A stretch of 64,000 nucleotides of DNA from assembly GCF_000150275.1 (NCBI RefSeq), contig NW_002060946.1, positions 2,499,454 to 2,563,453 on the forward strand. The letters run 5' to 3'. Below the pieces are notes generated by a model that saw only the letters and a list, made by a program, of their open reading frames with translations, was not told where the DNA came from and searched no databases. Each line of letters begins with the position of its first letter. Within the stretch, counting starts at the first letter, position 1. Origin of the DNA: Trichoplax adhaerens (lineage: Eukaryota > Animalia > Placozoa). Position numbers and translations under genes: made by a program. This document shows positions 38,046 to 51,015 of this stretch, in pieces.

Positions 38046-38818
38046 AATTCTATGACGATAATTTGAAGGCTAGAGTAATCAGCAAATAACAACCTTGCAC
38101 ACGAGACATCGGGTGATCGAATTCGATCCACTGTGTGAAGAAGGATAAATATAGGAATACACTCTATGATAAAATTAATATAATTGTAAACTATTTATTC
38201 ACTCTGTTTTAGATGAAGTCTTTTGTTCTGTATAAAAGACTTCGTTGAATCGGTGTGAACAATACTTAACTACAACATAGACTCCCTACTGTATTCCAGC
38301 AAAAGAGTCTCTGACAACAGCTATAGAATTGCTTAGAAAAGAAAAGTCTTTTCTATTTCTATGGCTACAACCGGAAGTAGTCCCTGATTACGTCTATAGA
38401 GTGACTTAGAAGAGGAAAGTTTTTCCCCTTCTAAGTCTGTGAGTTACAGTAGGAACTGGTCCCTGGATTTGGTATGACTTTATGTTCAAGTGGGTCTGCC
38501 TTAGAATGTCAAAGTTCGGTCACAGAGTCTATGTATAGACTTTCATAAACATTATGTGAGACTAGCTATGCAAATTATAGTATCAAGACTGAAAAGGCTA
38601 CTCTATTAATTACAATTGTACACAATCTAAAGGAATGCAATAGAACGAAATCATCATACAGTTTTATACGTAGTTTTAAAAGTTATCCTATAAAATTTAC
38701 TGTAATTGGAAATATAAGCGATTTTACACACTTCATACAAGCGCTCTTTAGTTCTTTACAAAGGTCTCTCTATTCGTTATGACTTCCAATGACAATAATA
38801 ACAATTTAACGTAAAAGA

Positions 38819-39343
38819 TTGAAGAGCTTTAATGTTATTATTAAGATCTTTGTAGTCGTCTCAAGCTAATATTATTGTTATAATCTATTTCACTGTACAA
38901 TTCTTGACCAATATAATCAACTTTAACTATCAGATGAATAAAAATAGATCTATGTGTCGTAATAATACTTTATAGTACAGGAATAATGTATAACTGTACT
39001 TTAGTCATAAACTAGCTTAAGATTAAAATAATAGAATTGGACGAAAATAGATAGATTAAACGTTTGATTGTAAGATTGTCCAAGTGTCTATTCGTAGAAG
39101 ATGATTACAGTACGTATTGTAGCAATTCTATTGACATGTTTGTATTAAGATTCCGAGACATACAGTAAATAAGTTATGCTAATTACGCATGTGATTATAG
39201 TGGGGTTTGTTTTATGACACTTTAATTAGAAGCGCAGACTAAGAATAAATCACTTGAAAGTAAGTTTAGAACTGATCTTGTAACTTAATTGGTGAGATAC
39301 AATTATGTTACTAAAGAAAAAATCACAGTATAACTAATTGTAT
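38819..39343. repeat. Near-identical segmental duplicate of 36010-36539
   Basis: See partner feature at 36010-36539. Confidence 0.9.
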
Positions 39344-39866
39344 GATGTAAGTAATGTGATTATGTGTTGCAAACTGTTTTGAAGTAACAAGTTAGAAATA
39401 ATTTAATTTACTTAATATTCATTCTATAGATAAATTCACAACTTACTATCTTATGATTTATCTATTTAGCCAAATATCATCAAATTACCAATTAAAATCT
39501 TATTATAAAAAATTAATAAAGAATAAAGTATCAAATCATGTCGCCTGCGAAGAGTACATATATTTTTATACAGTAATAATAATGAAATTATTTGTGTTTT
39601 AACTAATAGGTATTACTGTCGTACATTCTTAGATCTAAATTCGTGTAACTTTTAGCTCTACTTAAAAGTAAGTTAGAGTATACATATAAGGCAAGATTAG
39701 TCACGATCAGAACATGATCTGACTTTTGAGTCCTTTTATAAATTAGGTATCTAAATTAATTCACTTATCCTTACTGAAAAATAAAATAGTTTTACAATTC
39801 TATAACTCTAATGATAAGCTGCCTACTGTATAATAATCAATCCATAAATTGATACTTTACAGTGAT

Positions 39867-40419
39867 CTAACACTGTGAGGTACGCTCATCTGGATATCGT
39901 GTAGTAGCTGATGTACTACACTGAAGAGGAAGTACACATATCTCTTTGGAAGCAATGATGCAATAATTCGTCACTATTAAATGCAGTTGTAATCACATTT
40001 TTATAAACAATTAGGGTAAGCCCACGTTGCACACCTTTTATTTATGGTAACGAAAGTAACTTTCCTGAAGCATTTAATTTTTAACGAGTTTATTGTGCGA
40101 TTGATGACAATAACAACCGCTATTAGAGGCGTAATAGATTACCATACAGTATTTATGTTCTTTAGTATTCTTATAAACAAGTAAGGTATATTTAGTACAA
40201 ATAAACTACATAATTTATAAATCGTCTTTAATATTACTTGATTAGGCGGCGCAATTCACGCATATGTACGAATAAATCGTGTAGTGCAATTATAGGTAAA
40301 AGAAAGTTAATATTAGAAAAGACTAATATCAGCTGCTTTATTAATGGATAGGTGAACGTTAAATCCTTCACCATCAACAAGTAAATTCTCCAACGTTTTT
40401 ACATCATTGAATATATCTT
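39867..40419 (-). pseudogene. TMEM121-family copy 4, fragmentary pseudogene with an internal ~150-bp replacement
   Basis: Remnants of LENL, NINFLLP..AL.D and L.IPYL coding sequence; 1-nt deletion in the FMKN codons; unrelated sequence at ~40012-40165; 5' half absent. Confidence 0.78.
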
Positions 40420-40983
40420 ATAAAGTCCATTCTTTCTATACCGGAACTAAATTATCAATACAATAAATTAAATTAGCTACAATTTTAGTCTAGCTAAGAA
40501 AAAGCTTTATTGATAAGCATTATAGGCAATCAATAGTTACTATCTTCTACAAGATGGTAATCTACATGTTTGTAGTCTAACACCCGGACTTATTCTTAAC
40601 TTTGTATCTTCTAGATAGGCTTTTTTACATCCTTTCCCTTATTTTCCTGTTTTTATTTATCTGAAATGATTTTAGTCTAAATTTATAAATGCTTGATGAA
40701 TAAACTTTTATTTTAAATCTATACTGTAATATCTACTAGCTTATTATGGAGTTTGTACTCATCCGCGCATTAATCTCAACAAATCTTGCTTAACGTATAA
40801 TCTCATCTACTGGCCATTTAAAAGGTCATTCTACAAAGGTGATATTAATTTCAATACGCCTATTTATACATTCGTATCATCATTGCATTAACGTCCATTA
40901 TCATATTTATTCGAATTAATAAAATAGAATAGCTAACAAAATTTACTCTATGCTAACATAAATACGGTAAAAATACATATTTA

Positions 40984-41841
40984 TTACACCACATAAGGGG
41001 ATGCATCACGACTTCTTTCGCAGCAACAACGCAACAATTCATTACTACGGAATGTGAGCAACATAATATTTTTCATAAACAATACTGAAATATCTTTGTT
41101 ATAATTACGCCACAAGATCACTCTCATAACCAAGTAAAATACATTTATAATCCAACTAAATATTTGGTAAGCAGTCTTAAGTTTTACATAATGGTGTGAC
41201 CCGCGTATTTCTCGGCGTAAATCGTATAATACAAATGTTGGTAAAATGAAGTTAATACTAGAAAAGATTAGTATTAGCCACTTCATGGTTGAAGAAATAT
41301 TAAATTCCTTACTATGGATAAATAAATTTTCCAACATTTCCACGCCATCGAACAGATCTAAGCCTACTTCATAAACTGCACAATTTATGTAATAATTATT
41401 AGATTGCGATTCATTTCTATCATGATAGGTATAAACAAACACTGTAAATAAAAATGGGGTAATGCTTAGTACTAGTTTAAGCACTCTTGGACCGAAAAAT
41501 GATTTCGCATCTAATAGATCAGTTACTTTAATAAAAAGTGCTAGTACTTGAGCTACTAAGTTTAAGCTATAGATCAACCAGATAACATAAGAGGGCGACA
41601 ATATATAGCATATACATTTTTTACCGGTGCAGCTATTATTATTTCGGTCTGCAAATTTAACAGGTCTGCAGGTAACGATAAACCAATAGATCAATATGAT
41701 ACCTCCAGGTATACCCCACCATAATAACCAGTATGGATTAACATACATCCGGAAAAAAACGCAAATTAATCCTAGCTGACTTGATAGAAGGATAATGCCA
41801 AGAAACCAACAAAACCATTCGGACACTCGTTGATACTTCAT
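40984..41841 (-). CDS. TMEM121/CECR6-family protein, copy 5 (285 aa)
   Basis: Intact paralogous ORF with the same motifs (LDLFDGVEMLENLF, KDISVLFMKNI). Confidence 0.82.
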   Translation of the reverse strand: MKYQRVSEWFCWFLGIILLSSQLGLICVFFRMYVNPYWLLWWGIPGGIILIYWFIVTCRPVKFADRNNNSCTGKKCICYILSPSYVIWLIYSLNLVAQVLALFIKVTDLLDAKSFFGPRVLKLVLSITPFLFTVFVYTYHDRNESQSNNYYINCAVYEVGLDLFDGVEMLENLFIHSKEFNISSTMKWLILIFSSINFILPTFVLYDLRREIRGSHHYVKLKTAYQIFSWIINVFYLVMRVILWRNYNKDISVLFMKNIMLLTFRSNELLRCCCERSRDASPYVV

Positions 41842-43427
41842 ATCTCTATCGATGATTTGAAGGCTAGCTTATTCAGCAAGCGACAATCTTATACGCTAGA
41901 TATCGAAAAATCGAATTCAATTTGCTGTATAAAGAATAATTAAACGTAGGAATGCTCCTTACGATGAAATTGATGAAAACAGGAGGAGGAAATATGATTA
42001 AGAGTACTAAATGATATCTAACTGTAAATAAATGGAGAGTCCATATAACCAACTTTTTTATTTAAAAATTGCATAGGTCAGCACTTTTATAATTAAGTAT
42101 TATTCATATACACTTATTGACATTAAATTATACTATACAAAGACTTGAAGATTTTAGTTTAAGCGGTGTAAACAATATTCGGCTCTACGTCTACAACACG
42201 GATCCCATACTGTTCCGAAGAGTCCCTAATTACAGCTATAGGGTTACTTTCAAGGGGGGGGGGGGGTCTTTCCCTTCTATTTCTATAGTTGCAATAGGAA
42301 GTAGTACCTGGTTTCGGTATGACGTAATATTCAGGCGGTTCTACCTTAGAATGTCAAGGTGTTGATTGTTATAGGGTCCTTTATAATGTACTTATTCAGC
42401 CTTTCATGCAGACTGTATGATATTGGCTATGTAAATAGTAGTAGCAGACTAATGTTCTGTAGTGGTTGAAAGCTGAGGTGGCTGCTCTAATTACAATTAC
42501 TACTACCTTGGCCATTGTAATCACGGAGGTAATACGGAGAAAGGCAGATTTTATCTATATGATTAGAATTATGAAAGCTGTGATAGCCCTTACCTAACTA
42601 TCCTATTTTGGTGTTGCAATGATGCAGCATGTGAAATGCTGTCTGCCATGATCATCACATGACGGCTTTATGAGAGACAGCAATATACTGTATATGTGTA
42701 TTCTGTTACTACTCGTCCTGCTATACGGATTATTTAAATTAAATTAAATTATACCAGACGATCTAAAGGAATGGCGATAGAATGAAATCATCATGCAGTT
42801 TTATACATAGTTTTGAAATCATACTCGAAAACTTACTATAATAGGAATATACAAGTAATTCGATACGCTTCATGGCCGCACTCTTTAGTTCTAACCGGTA
42901 ATTTCTTTAGTCAGCTACAAGTTAAAGTATTTAAACTAATTCTTGTCAATCAAAACTATATATAAAATATTAAAGGAACCAATACATTCATATATAGTAT
43001 TCGGACATAACAAATGCGAATTAGAATATTATTTACATACTACAGAGCGTAAAGTATAAGTACATTATGATATCGATAGACTAAAACTCAAGCCATCTGA
43101 AGAGAAAAGATCTCATCTATTCGCTATGATTTCTAATGACAATAATAATATTTTCATATAAAGATTAAAGAGCTTTAATGCTATTGTTAAGATCTTGTGG
43201 TCATCTCATAGAGGTATTATCGTTATATTCTATTTCGCTGTACAATTCTTGCTGAATATTATCAACTTTAGCTGTTAAATGGATAATAATAGGTTCCTGC
43301 ATCGTAATAGTACTACCGTACGTGTGTATCTATAGAAATCGTACATAACGTAACAATAAATAATTTTTTTATTGTCAGTAATAAATATTGTTACGGTTAC
43401 TCAATAATAGTTAGAAAATTGATCATT

Positions 43428-46400
43428 TCATCTGTCTAGAGACATCTGTGATGCCAGTATGCCAGTAGTAAAACGGCCACGCCGATGAGAACTAGCTTTA
43501 AGAAGAATCTTCTGCATGACTACAATAATTGGCGGGAGCACTTTATTATCCGAGACTCTTACGGATTGGATGTAATTATCCAGTGTCTCTCTAAAATAAT
43601 CGGATAGGGGATAATTTCAGGTATTAGGTTATATATTATTGAAGTAGTTTACTTATCAGTAAGATACATTCGTAAACCATACCTGATTAAACCTAATCTT
43701 TCCGATTCGTCAGGATGATTGTCAATCCATTCTGAGTACTCCTTTTCCGTCCATTTAGAAGCCTAAGAATGTAATAAATACTTCATATCGATCAACAGGG
43801 TAACAATAAGCGTAAAAATTCAGCCAAGATAACTTTTTTACATATCCATTCGAAAATTAATATGTATAACCTTGTAGGGCGAAGGAAGTTTAGGCGGTGC
43901 TCGAGAATATAGAAAATTTAATACTAAAAAATATGGTAGATTCTCTCCTAAAGCTGGACTGCCTAGAATATGTTCTGGTGTTTGGAAGAGCAATGGCCTA
44001 AAGCATCTTAAGACTTTGTAGCTTTTTCCCAACTCAGAAAGCTTAGTACATATCGAGCCAACTGCTAATTCCATCTATGCATAGGTATACAGATATTATT
44101 TAAATCGGTAAATCTCACCGCATATGTCAATATAAAATATTATTGCCCTTGCATGTTATTCACCTGGGCCATATCTGCTGCAATTTTCAGTTTACCAGCG
44201 TCAGATATAGGGCGAACCAAGCTTATGTGTCGGATAAATAGTTCAAGTACTCTACTTGCCAAAGAATTAAGCCTACCATAACGAAAGAGTTTGAACTTCA
44301 CTTAGATTAAAAGATTATATTGCAGTAGGGAGAACTGAATTGATAATACAAACATTTCATCTACTATCTCGATGCAATCTAATCTGGCAAGATAATCTCC
44401 TTTAATCCGATCTGTAAATCTCTATATAAGTAAGGATTTAGGATTAAACTTGATAGTAGCAAGTTATAATAACTATATAATTATGTCGGTATAGTTTGAA
44501 GTTTCCGAGACCTGGATATCCTTGATAAAAGAGGAACACTCAGATTTGGCTATTTGATTCTCTGTCTTTTCGCTATTAAAATATTGATTCGATAATTAAA
44601 ATCATCTTGATAATATTTTTACCCTAAGTTTAGTCTTACATTGAAAGATAATTATAAATTAAAATACCAAACCTAGCGAAATCTTCTTGATGAATTTTTA
44701 AAATCATAGCTTCAATTGTTTTTGACATAGCCTTAACTAATGGTTCTACAGCCTCTTTGATCATGTTTAAAGCACTCTAAAAGTTAATAGGTTTCGATGA
44801 AAATGGTACCTCGAAAGACTAATATGCTTAGTTACACATTCTAATACCAACACAATACAATATTTATATCATATTTTCTATAATTACTTGTATTGCGGGT
44901 TCAACTACTTCGATGGTCTGGGGAGCGAAATTACCGGAATGAATTACCTAATTTGAATGTAAGACTAATTATAATCACAGTAGCACACACGACAACAAAC
45001 AAATTTATAAAACTAAGCACCTTAGAAACTGCAGTACACAAATAGTAAATGCTGTTTATGACCGTCGCATTACGGGTTTGAGCTCCAGTCATGGCCGCGG
45101 TTAGTTGGACTGCATTGGAATTTGTGACGATCTATAAAAGAAAAATGAGATAAAACAAAAATATAACAAAGGATAACTATAGAGAAATAGTAAGTCAAAG
45201 TAATAAAGACATATATACCAGACGTTCACACTTAGCGCAATAAAGTCTTATAGTTTTTGAAACATTCTTCGCAATTGCTAAACTTAGTCTTGTATCTACA
45301 CTTGCGGCATTTAGTTCACTGTCAAAAAGATAAATATATAATAAATGACTAAATAAAATGTTGTTCTTGGAACCATTCATTAGCTAACAGTAGCAAGCCT
45401 AGTATAGCATAGTAACACGTACTTAGCAACAGTCTTTTCGATATTTGTTAATTCTTCACGTTTCGGTGGCTCCTTTGCAGTGTCAGGAAAAAAGGTGTTG
45501 ATAGGATCGAACAGACGCGACAATGAACGAGTAAGATAAGCATTCTCGAATGACGATAAAGAATCTCGCAAAGCCAGTTCTGGGCTAAAGGTATTGGAAA
45601 AAGGATAACAGTCACTCTCCTCCAGAACTGTGCATGAATATAAGACAATTATTAGCATTTTATAAACTTAAAAGCAATATTTACTTCAGCTCATTCTCCG
45701 CCGGAAAATTGAAAACGTCATCCTTTCCCATGACAGGAGTTATTAGCGGTACTGAAAAAACTGAATTGTCATAGTCGACACTTCCTAAACGTACTGTCGT
45801 CACCTGATCTATAGTTACACTATAGGGTTTCAATCTCGACCATAAATCGTTGTAGAATCTCAGTAATTTGGGATATTCACTTTCAAATGTTTGCTTTAGA
45901 AATGTATTATCTAAAATTGCGGATCAAATAATCAAGTACTGCATAACTATGCCTATATATTCTGCGAATTGAATAATTGCTACAGTTTAATATACCTTCG
46001 GTTGCTCTACTTAGTTCGTGCGTTAAAATAAAAATAACTTTTTTCCAAAATGCAGCCATAACCGTTGGATGTCCGTCCTACAGTTAACATTGTAAACGAC
46101 ATTTTTAAACTGCATGCAGCTCTAGGATGCCGACAGAGATAAATTCAACTTACTTACCTTTAGTAATTCTTCAATAAAGCATAGATGAGTTACAGGATCC
46201 TTTTTTTTAAATAACACTTTTTCTAACACGGACATCTAGAAAAGAAGTAATGCCTAAGATATATCAATAACAACAACTGTTAGTGACTATAGTGAAACAT
46301 ACCTGTACACAAGTTTCATATATATTTCCCATCAACTTCTCCATGCCTTGCCATAGCGATACCCTCCAAGCTGCAGCATTCCCTGGCGTTGGCATCACTG

Positions 46401-48613
46401 CACGTCCAGGACCAGTGCTACCTACAATCGTAATTATTAAGTAACAATAAAAATATAGACTAAATAATAGACTAAAAGTATTTATTGATTTGAATTTTAA
46501 TGCAAGACATTCGTGCTATAGCATTATTATGCCATACTAACGTGATTGGATATGGGTATTGGGATCGAGTGTTTCACAAACACATGATTCTAAATTGTTG
46601 CAGGATTTCTCAATCACTTTTTGCAAGATCAATTGCAACTTTTGTAGATTATGGAACACTTGCAATCCGGTAGCTACTTTAGTCTGATTCTAAAATTTTC
46701 AAGTCGATAATTCGCTTACGCATTATTGCTAAGATTATCAATACTAACGCTGCCTTAATAAAGCTTATTAAGATTCTCGAGTAGACTTACTTGCGATTTC
46801 ATCCCATCGGTTAACACTAACATAGCTTCATTTTCAATACTTTGACGAGCTTTCTCAATCTTTTGTTTATCTTGTTCAATCATCTGCAGTAGAATAGTAT
46901 TATTTGAAAACTAATTATAATCTATTTCTTACAAGTATGATACAATTTATGAAACGAGAACATTAGTAAGTTCAATTACCTGAATGTCAGTCAGATCCAT
47001 GCTATTATATAAATAATCTAGAGTATTAGGCAAAGAAGATATGTAAGATAACTTTAGCCTTTTATGATATAGTAATCTTGAATATAGTTTATTAACGTCT
47101 AGACTTTATCCATAACTGATCGAATCGCATTTTGATGTATTTTCACTTTTTAATGTTGAGGTACTCTACAGCGTTATGGATACATCAATATACTGTAAAC
47201 TACAATTTCATTACAGACGCATTAATAAACGTTACCAAGTTCATTTAAACTCTGCGCAGCATTGGTTAGCTCTTTTAGTCCACCTTGAAGTTGACCGTCC
47301 AAGCGGCGTGATAAATATAAGACTCGAATGACACATCGTAAAATATCGCAGGCAATCTAAAAATAGCAATTAAGCATTGATATGAGTGTCTGTAAATATC
47401 ACCGTTAATTGCATGTCCCTTTAGTAGCAAAACAAATATCGGATAACCTTATGTTCCTAAAGATAACATCACTGCGTAGTCACAAATGTACAGTCATGAA
47501 CTATATGATACACGCACAGGTGCAGCCTGTGAAATGGATGAATTAGCTAGTTCGTTTGAAATACCTGCAGATTGCGCAGTTGGGCAGTGCGGGATGAAAT
47601 CATCTTGTAAGGATCTACAACCTTTTTTTGTATTCTGTCATAATGGTAGTAGAATATAGATGATATCGACATCAAAGTATTTGGTATTTGAATTAATTAA
47701 TATTGTATGTGCACACTGTTATCGGTATTTCATTAACAACTTTCAGAACTTGTCTTTGTTATTTTACGATCTCGTCAGTTACATGCGTCATAAAGCTGGT
47801 GTTGGTATTAATCAAGTCTAAGCTAAAGACACGAACAAGTGAAGCTAAAGCTTTCAAGTACTAGTAAAATTTTACCTGCCAACGGTTATTTGTAATGATT
47901 CTATCCTACTTTGCATCATTTTCAGAACACCTGATTATTTCACAGAATCCAGTGGTTAGTCAAAGTATCGTTTATAACAGAATCATCATGGAGTGCGCTA
48001 TTTTTAATTGTATCTTTAAGCCATCTACAACTACTATTAGATATTACAGTATTCTTTCCTTGATTATTGTATCCTAAAAGCATTTATAGCATGAACAGCA
48101 TCGATACTACAATTTTTGTAGATACCTTCTAGAGCTTCAATACTAGTCGCTTGAGAGAGTAAATCATCATGATGTGCTACGACCTAATAACACAACAATT
48201 ACGATATCAATGTCAATGTTGATAGCAAGTATTCAATGAAGTCTAGTAGCCATGCTATTCTTTCTGTCATCATTAAGGGAATAAAATTAATAAAGAGTAT
48301 GACTTATTTATTGATGAATCCGAGTTCGTTTACAATTATCTATCAAACCTGAGAATGAAGTTCACGATCGAGCGTGTTAATTCCAGCAGATAATTTCTGC
48401 AAAGAGTCATTAATCTCTTGGCTTGCTATAATGATATTTGCATACTGTTTGGCATCAAATTCTTCATTTAGGAAAATTTCATAAGCTCCTATGGAAAATA
48501 GAGTGACTATTCATTGATGATTGCTTAAATTGTAACGATTTGTTAAAGTTCTTATCCAAATTTATTGAATGCTTACGATCATTTCGGAATTCCTCAAGTA
48601 CTTTTTCATCCAT
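43428..48613 (-). CDS. COG5: Conserved oligomeric Golgi complex subunit 5, multi-exon; first coding exon from 48613, last exon 43590-43428
   Basis: Exons translate to [142 protein letters not shown] and [11 protein letters not shown]. Confidence 0.93.
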
Positions 48614-48912
48614 CGTTCAACAATCGCCTTTTCAACGTCAACAACTGCCAATTTCTTGCTTGTAGTATACGTGTAATAATCAATTTATTGCCCCTTAAAT
48701 CATGAGATTCTTCGTTTACTAACTTTTCTACTTTAGCAATCTTGTGGATGCCAAAAGATTGAATGATTCATTCCTAAAGGGAACCTGGCAAATGCAGACT
48801 AGCTTTGTCAGCTTTCTTCCTCGAGTTGAAAGCGAAATCTCTATGGTATCGGACTGACGGTGCAAGTAAGTCCTTCTGGTACACCAGCTGTACCGTACCG
48901 TACCGTGACGAG

Positions 48913-49243
48913 GATTCTCATCAGACGGACGGATGTTTCGACTCAATCAGGCCGTCTATGTCCAAAAATGACTACTTAGTATGAGCCTTTCGTGTTTGAT
49001 TTTCGAAATTACTGGTGTGAATTTAAATGACATTGACGATCTTTTAGCACTATTTCCAAGCAGCAATTTAGTAACAGATTCAATGTAATATGACTTCATT
49101 GAGAAAAAATCGGTCAATTCACAATCCACATACTTAAGTATGACCATAACTACTGTACTGTACAGTATAACTAAGTGTTTGGCATAATATTTCTCTGGTC
49201 GAGCAGAGACCGAATATGTCTGTCCGTCCGAGAGTGATCAGTC
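48913..49243. mobile_element. Possible degraded MITE/fold-back element in the COG5-LSM3 divergent promoter
   Basis: Imperfect inverted ends: TCAGACGGACGGATGTTTCGACTC...TATGTCCAAAA..ACTTAGT versus the right-arm reverse complement TCGGACGGACAGACATATTCGGTCTC...TATGCCAAACACTTAGT. No target-site duplication identified. Confidence 0.35.
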
Positions 49244-49691
49244 CAAGTCTTCTTCTACAATTGATCGTGAATATTGACGTCACTTTCTACTGACTATACT
49301 GTTCGATACAGTAGCGTTCACTATGTTCTACCGTACTAGAAATGAGTTTTCTTTATTTTTCTCTATGAAGACGCCACTTATTGACTCAGCGCAACAGACC
49401 TTCGCTAGTCGATGATATTCTACCTTTGGTCATGTATCGTACAGTACCCTTAGGTCTGTCAGAAACTATTGAAACTGAGAGAAAGTACAGTTGTCGTTCC
49501 TGCCGGCGCATAGTTCTATACAGGACACGAGTAAGTAAAATTTCAAATGCTTACTGTATAGAAGGTAAGCTATGGGATGGGCTACTATACAGCAATAGAG
49601 TCTGACTGTAATAGTACATACAATAGTAACTATAACTGACTGCAATCAAGACCAATTAGTGATACTGCGCATAATCCGATCTGTCAGCAAA

Positions 49692-51015
49692 ATGGCGGAA
49701 GTTGCTACCAACGAAGAAACCTCCAATACTGTTGAAGAACCTTTAGATTTGGTCCGATTGAGTTTGGACGAACGAATTTTAGTCAAGATGAGAAATGATA
49801 GAGAACTCCGGGGAAGACTTCATGTATGTTTTTATTCAAAACTGAATGATATCTAGCTTACTGTACTGTCGTTGCTAATGATGTCGGGCAGGCCAAGCGC
49901 CAGTCGAAGCTGCAATAGCGTTGCAAGCATGTAGAAAGCACCAACACTAGACATCTTGCATGAGGATAATAATGCGTGGCTTCTAGATGGTATCATGCGA
50001 TACATGATCCAATTAATGTATGCTAGAGTACTATACCATTCGATCATTTCTATCTTATGCTAGTTTAAGACTAATTTCTATGTTTTGACGTCCATTGGTT
50101 GATCTTTTGCCATCATTGCAGCAAGGAAGAATAAGAATAGGGAAATTAAAGGGTTAACTCAGGCCCCGATAACTTAGTCTTGTATTGTCTTGTCTTAGCG
50201 CTCTGCTAACTTAGTCTTGTATTCAATCATAAGATTCTCTTGGAGCCAAAATATGCAGTCGCGGAATTCTATGCTTTCGACCTTAGCAATAAGATGATAG
50301 ACTTGCACTGTTCTACTGTTAACAATTGTCGCCTCTTGATATCTTGATGAGATAGGCCTACGATCAACATTTAAACATGGTATTAGGCGATGTCGAAGAA
50401 ACGATCACAACTGTAGAAATTGACGATGAAACATTTGAAGAACTATATAAGGTATACGATGCATACGGCACTAGCTTTCAACGATACTAAATTTTTCAGT
50501 TTATTATTATGCTCTGTTTTACGCTAGCTGTACATGCATACTTGTACAGTACGCTAAAGTGATTGCACTTCAAAGGACCAGACTAAATGAACAGAGTCGC
50601 TAATTTTGCTACATCTTGATGGTGCACTGTACAATATTAGCGTTCTAAAATCGTACGATGATTGTCGCATACGCTTCTATATAGTTTTCCGCAGTGATTA
50701 TTCTTAAAGAATAATGTAATTCGTTTACAATCAATGCGAATGCATTTTGTTTAGCCTTTCATAAGCTTATGAATGATGGAGACTTGAAGATTTCTAGAAC
50801 ACTAATAACTGCTCCTTTTCCAACTGTAGTATTTTTATCTGTTCTCTTACGTCAATTGAGCATAACGACTAGTTAAACTGTGTATTAGTTGGCATTGAGT
50901 AACGCTTGACTTTTTTACCGATTTAAAGACTTCCAAAAGACAAATTCCAATGTTATATGTACGTGGTGATGGTGTAATTTTGGTCTCGCCACCGCTTCGT
51001 GTTGGAGGTGTATAA
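49692..51015 (+). CDS. LSM3: U6 snRNA-associated Sm-like protein LSm3; exons 49692-49823, 50356-50451, 50929-51015
   Basis: MAEV...[32 protein letters not shown]|[32 protein letters not shown]|[28 protein letters not shown]. Confidence 0.97.

Noticed and set aside
40001-40180. TTATAAACAA at both ends of the insertion in copy 4 as a target-site duplication
   Set aside because: Both words correspond to separate native positions in the intact paralogs; the event looks like a replacement, not a clean transposon insertion.
42254-42267. Poly-G run as a G-quadruplex regulatory element
   Set aside because: The paralogous positions near 38335-38420 are A/G-mixed, so this looks like homopolymer slippage or a sequencing artefact.
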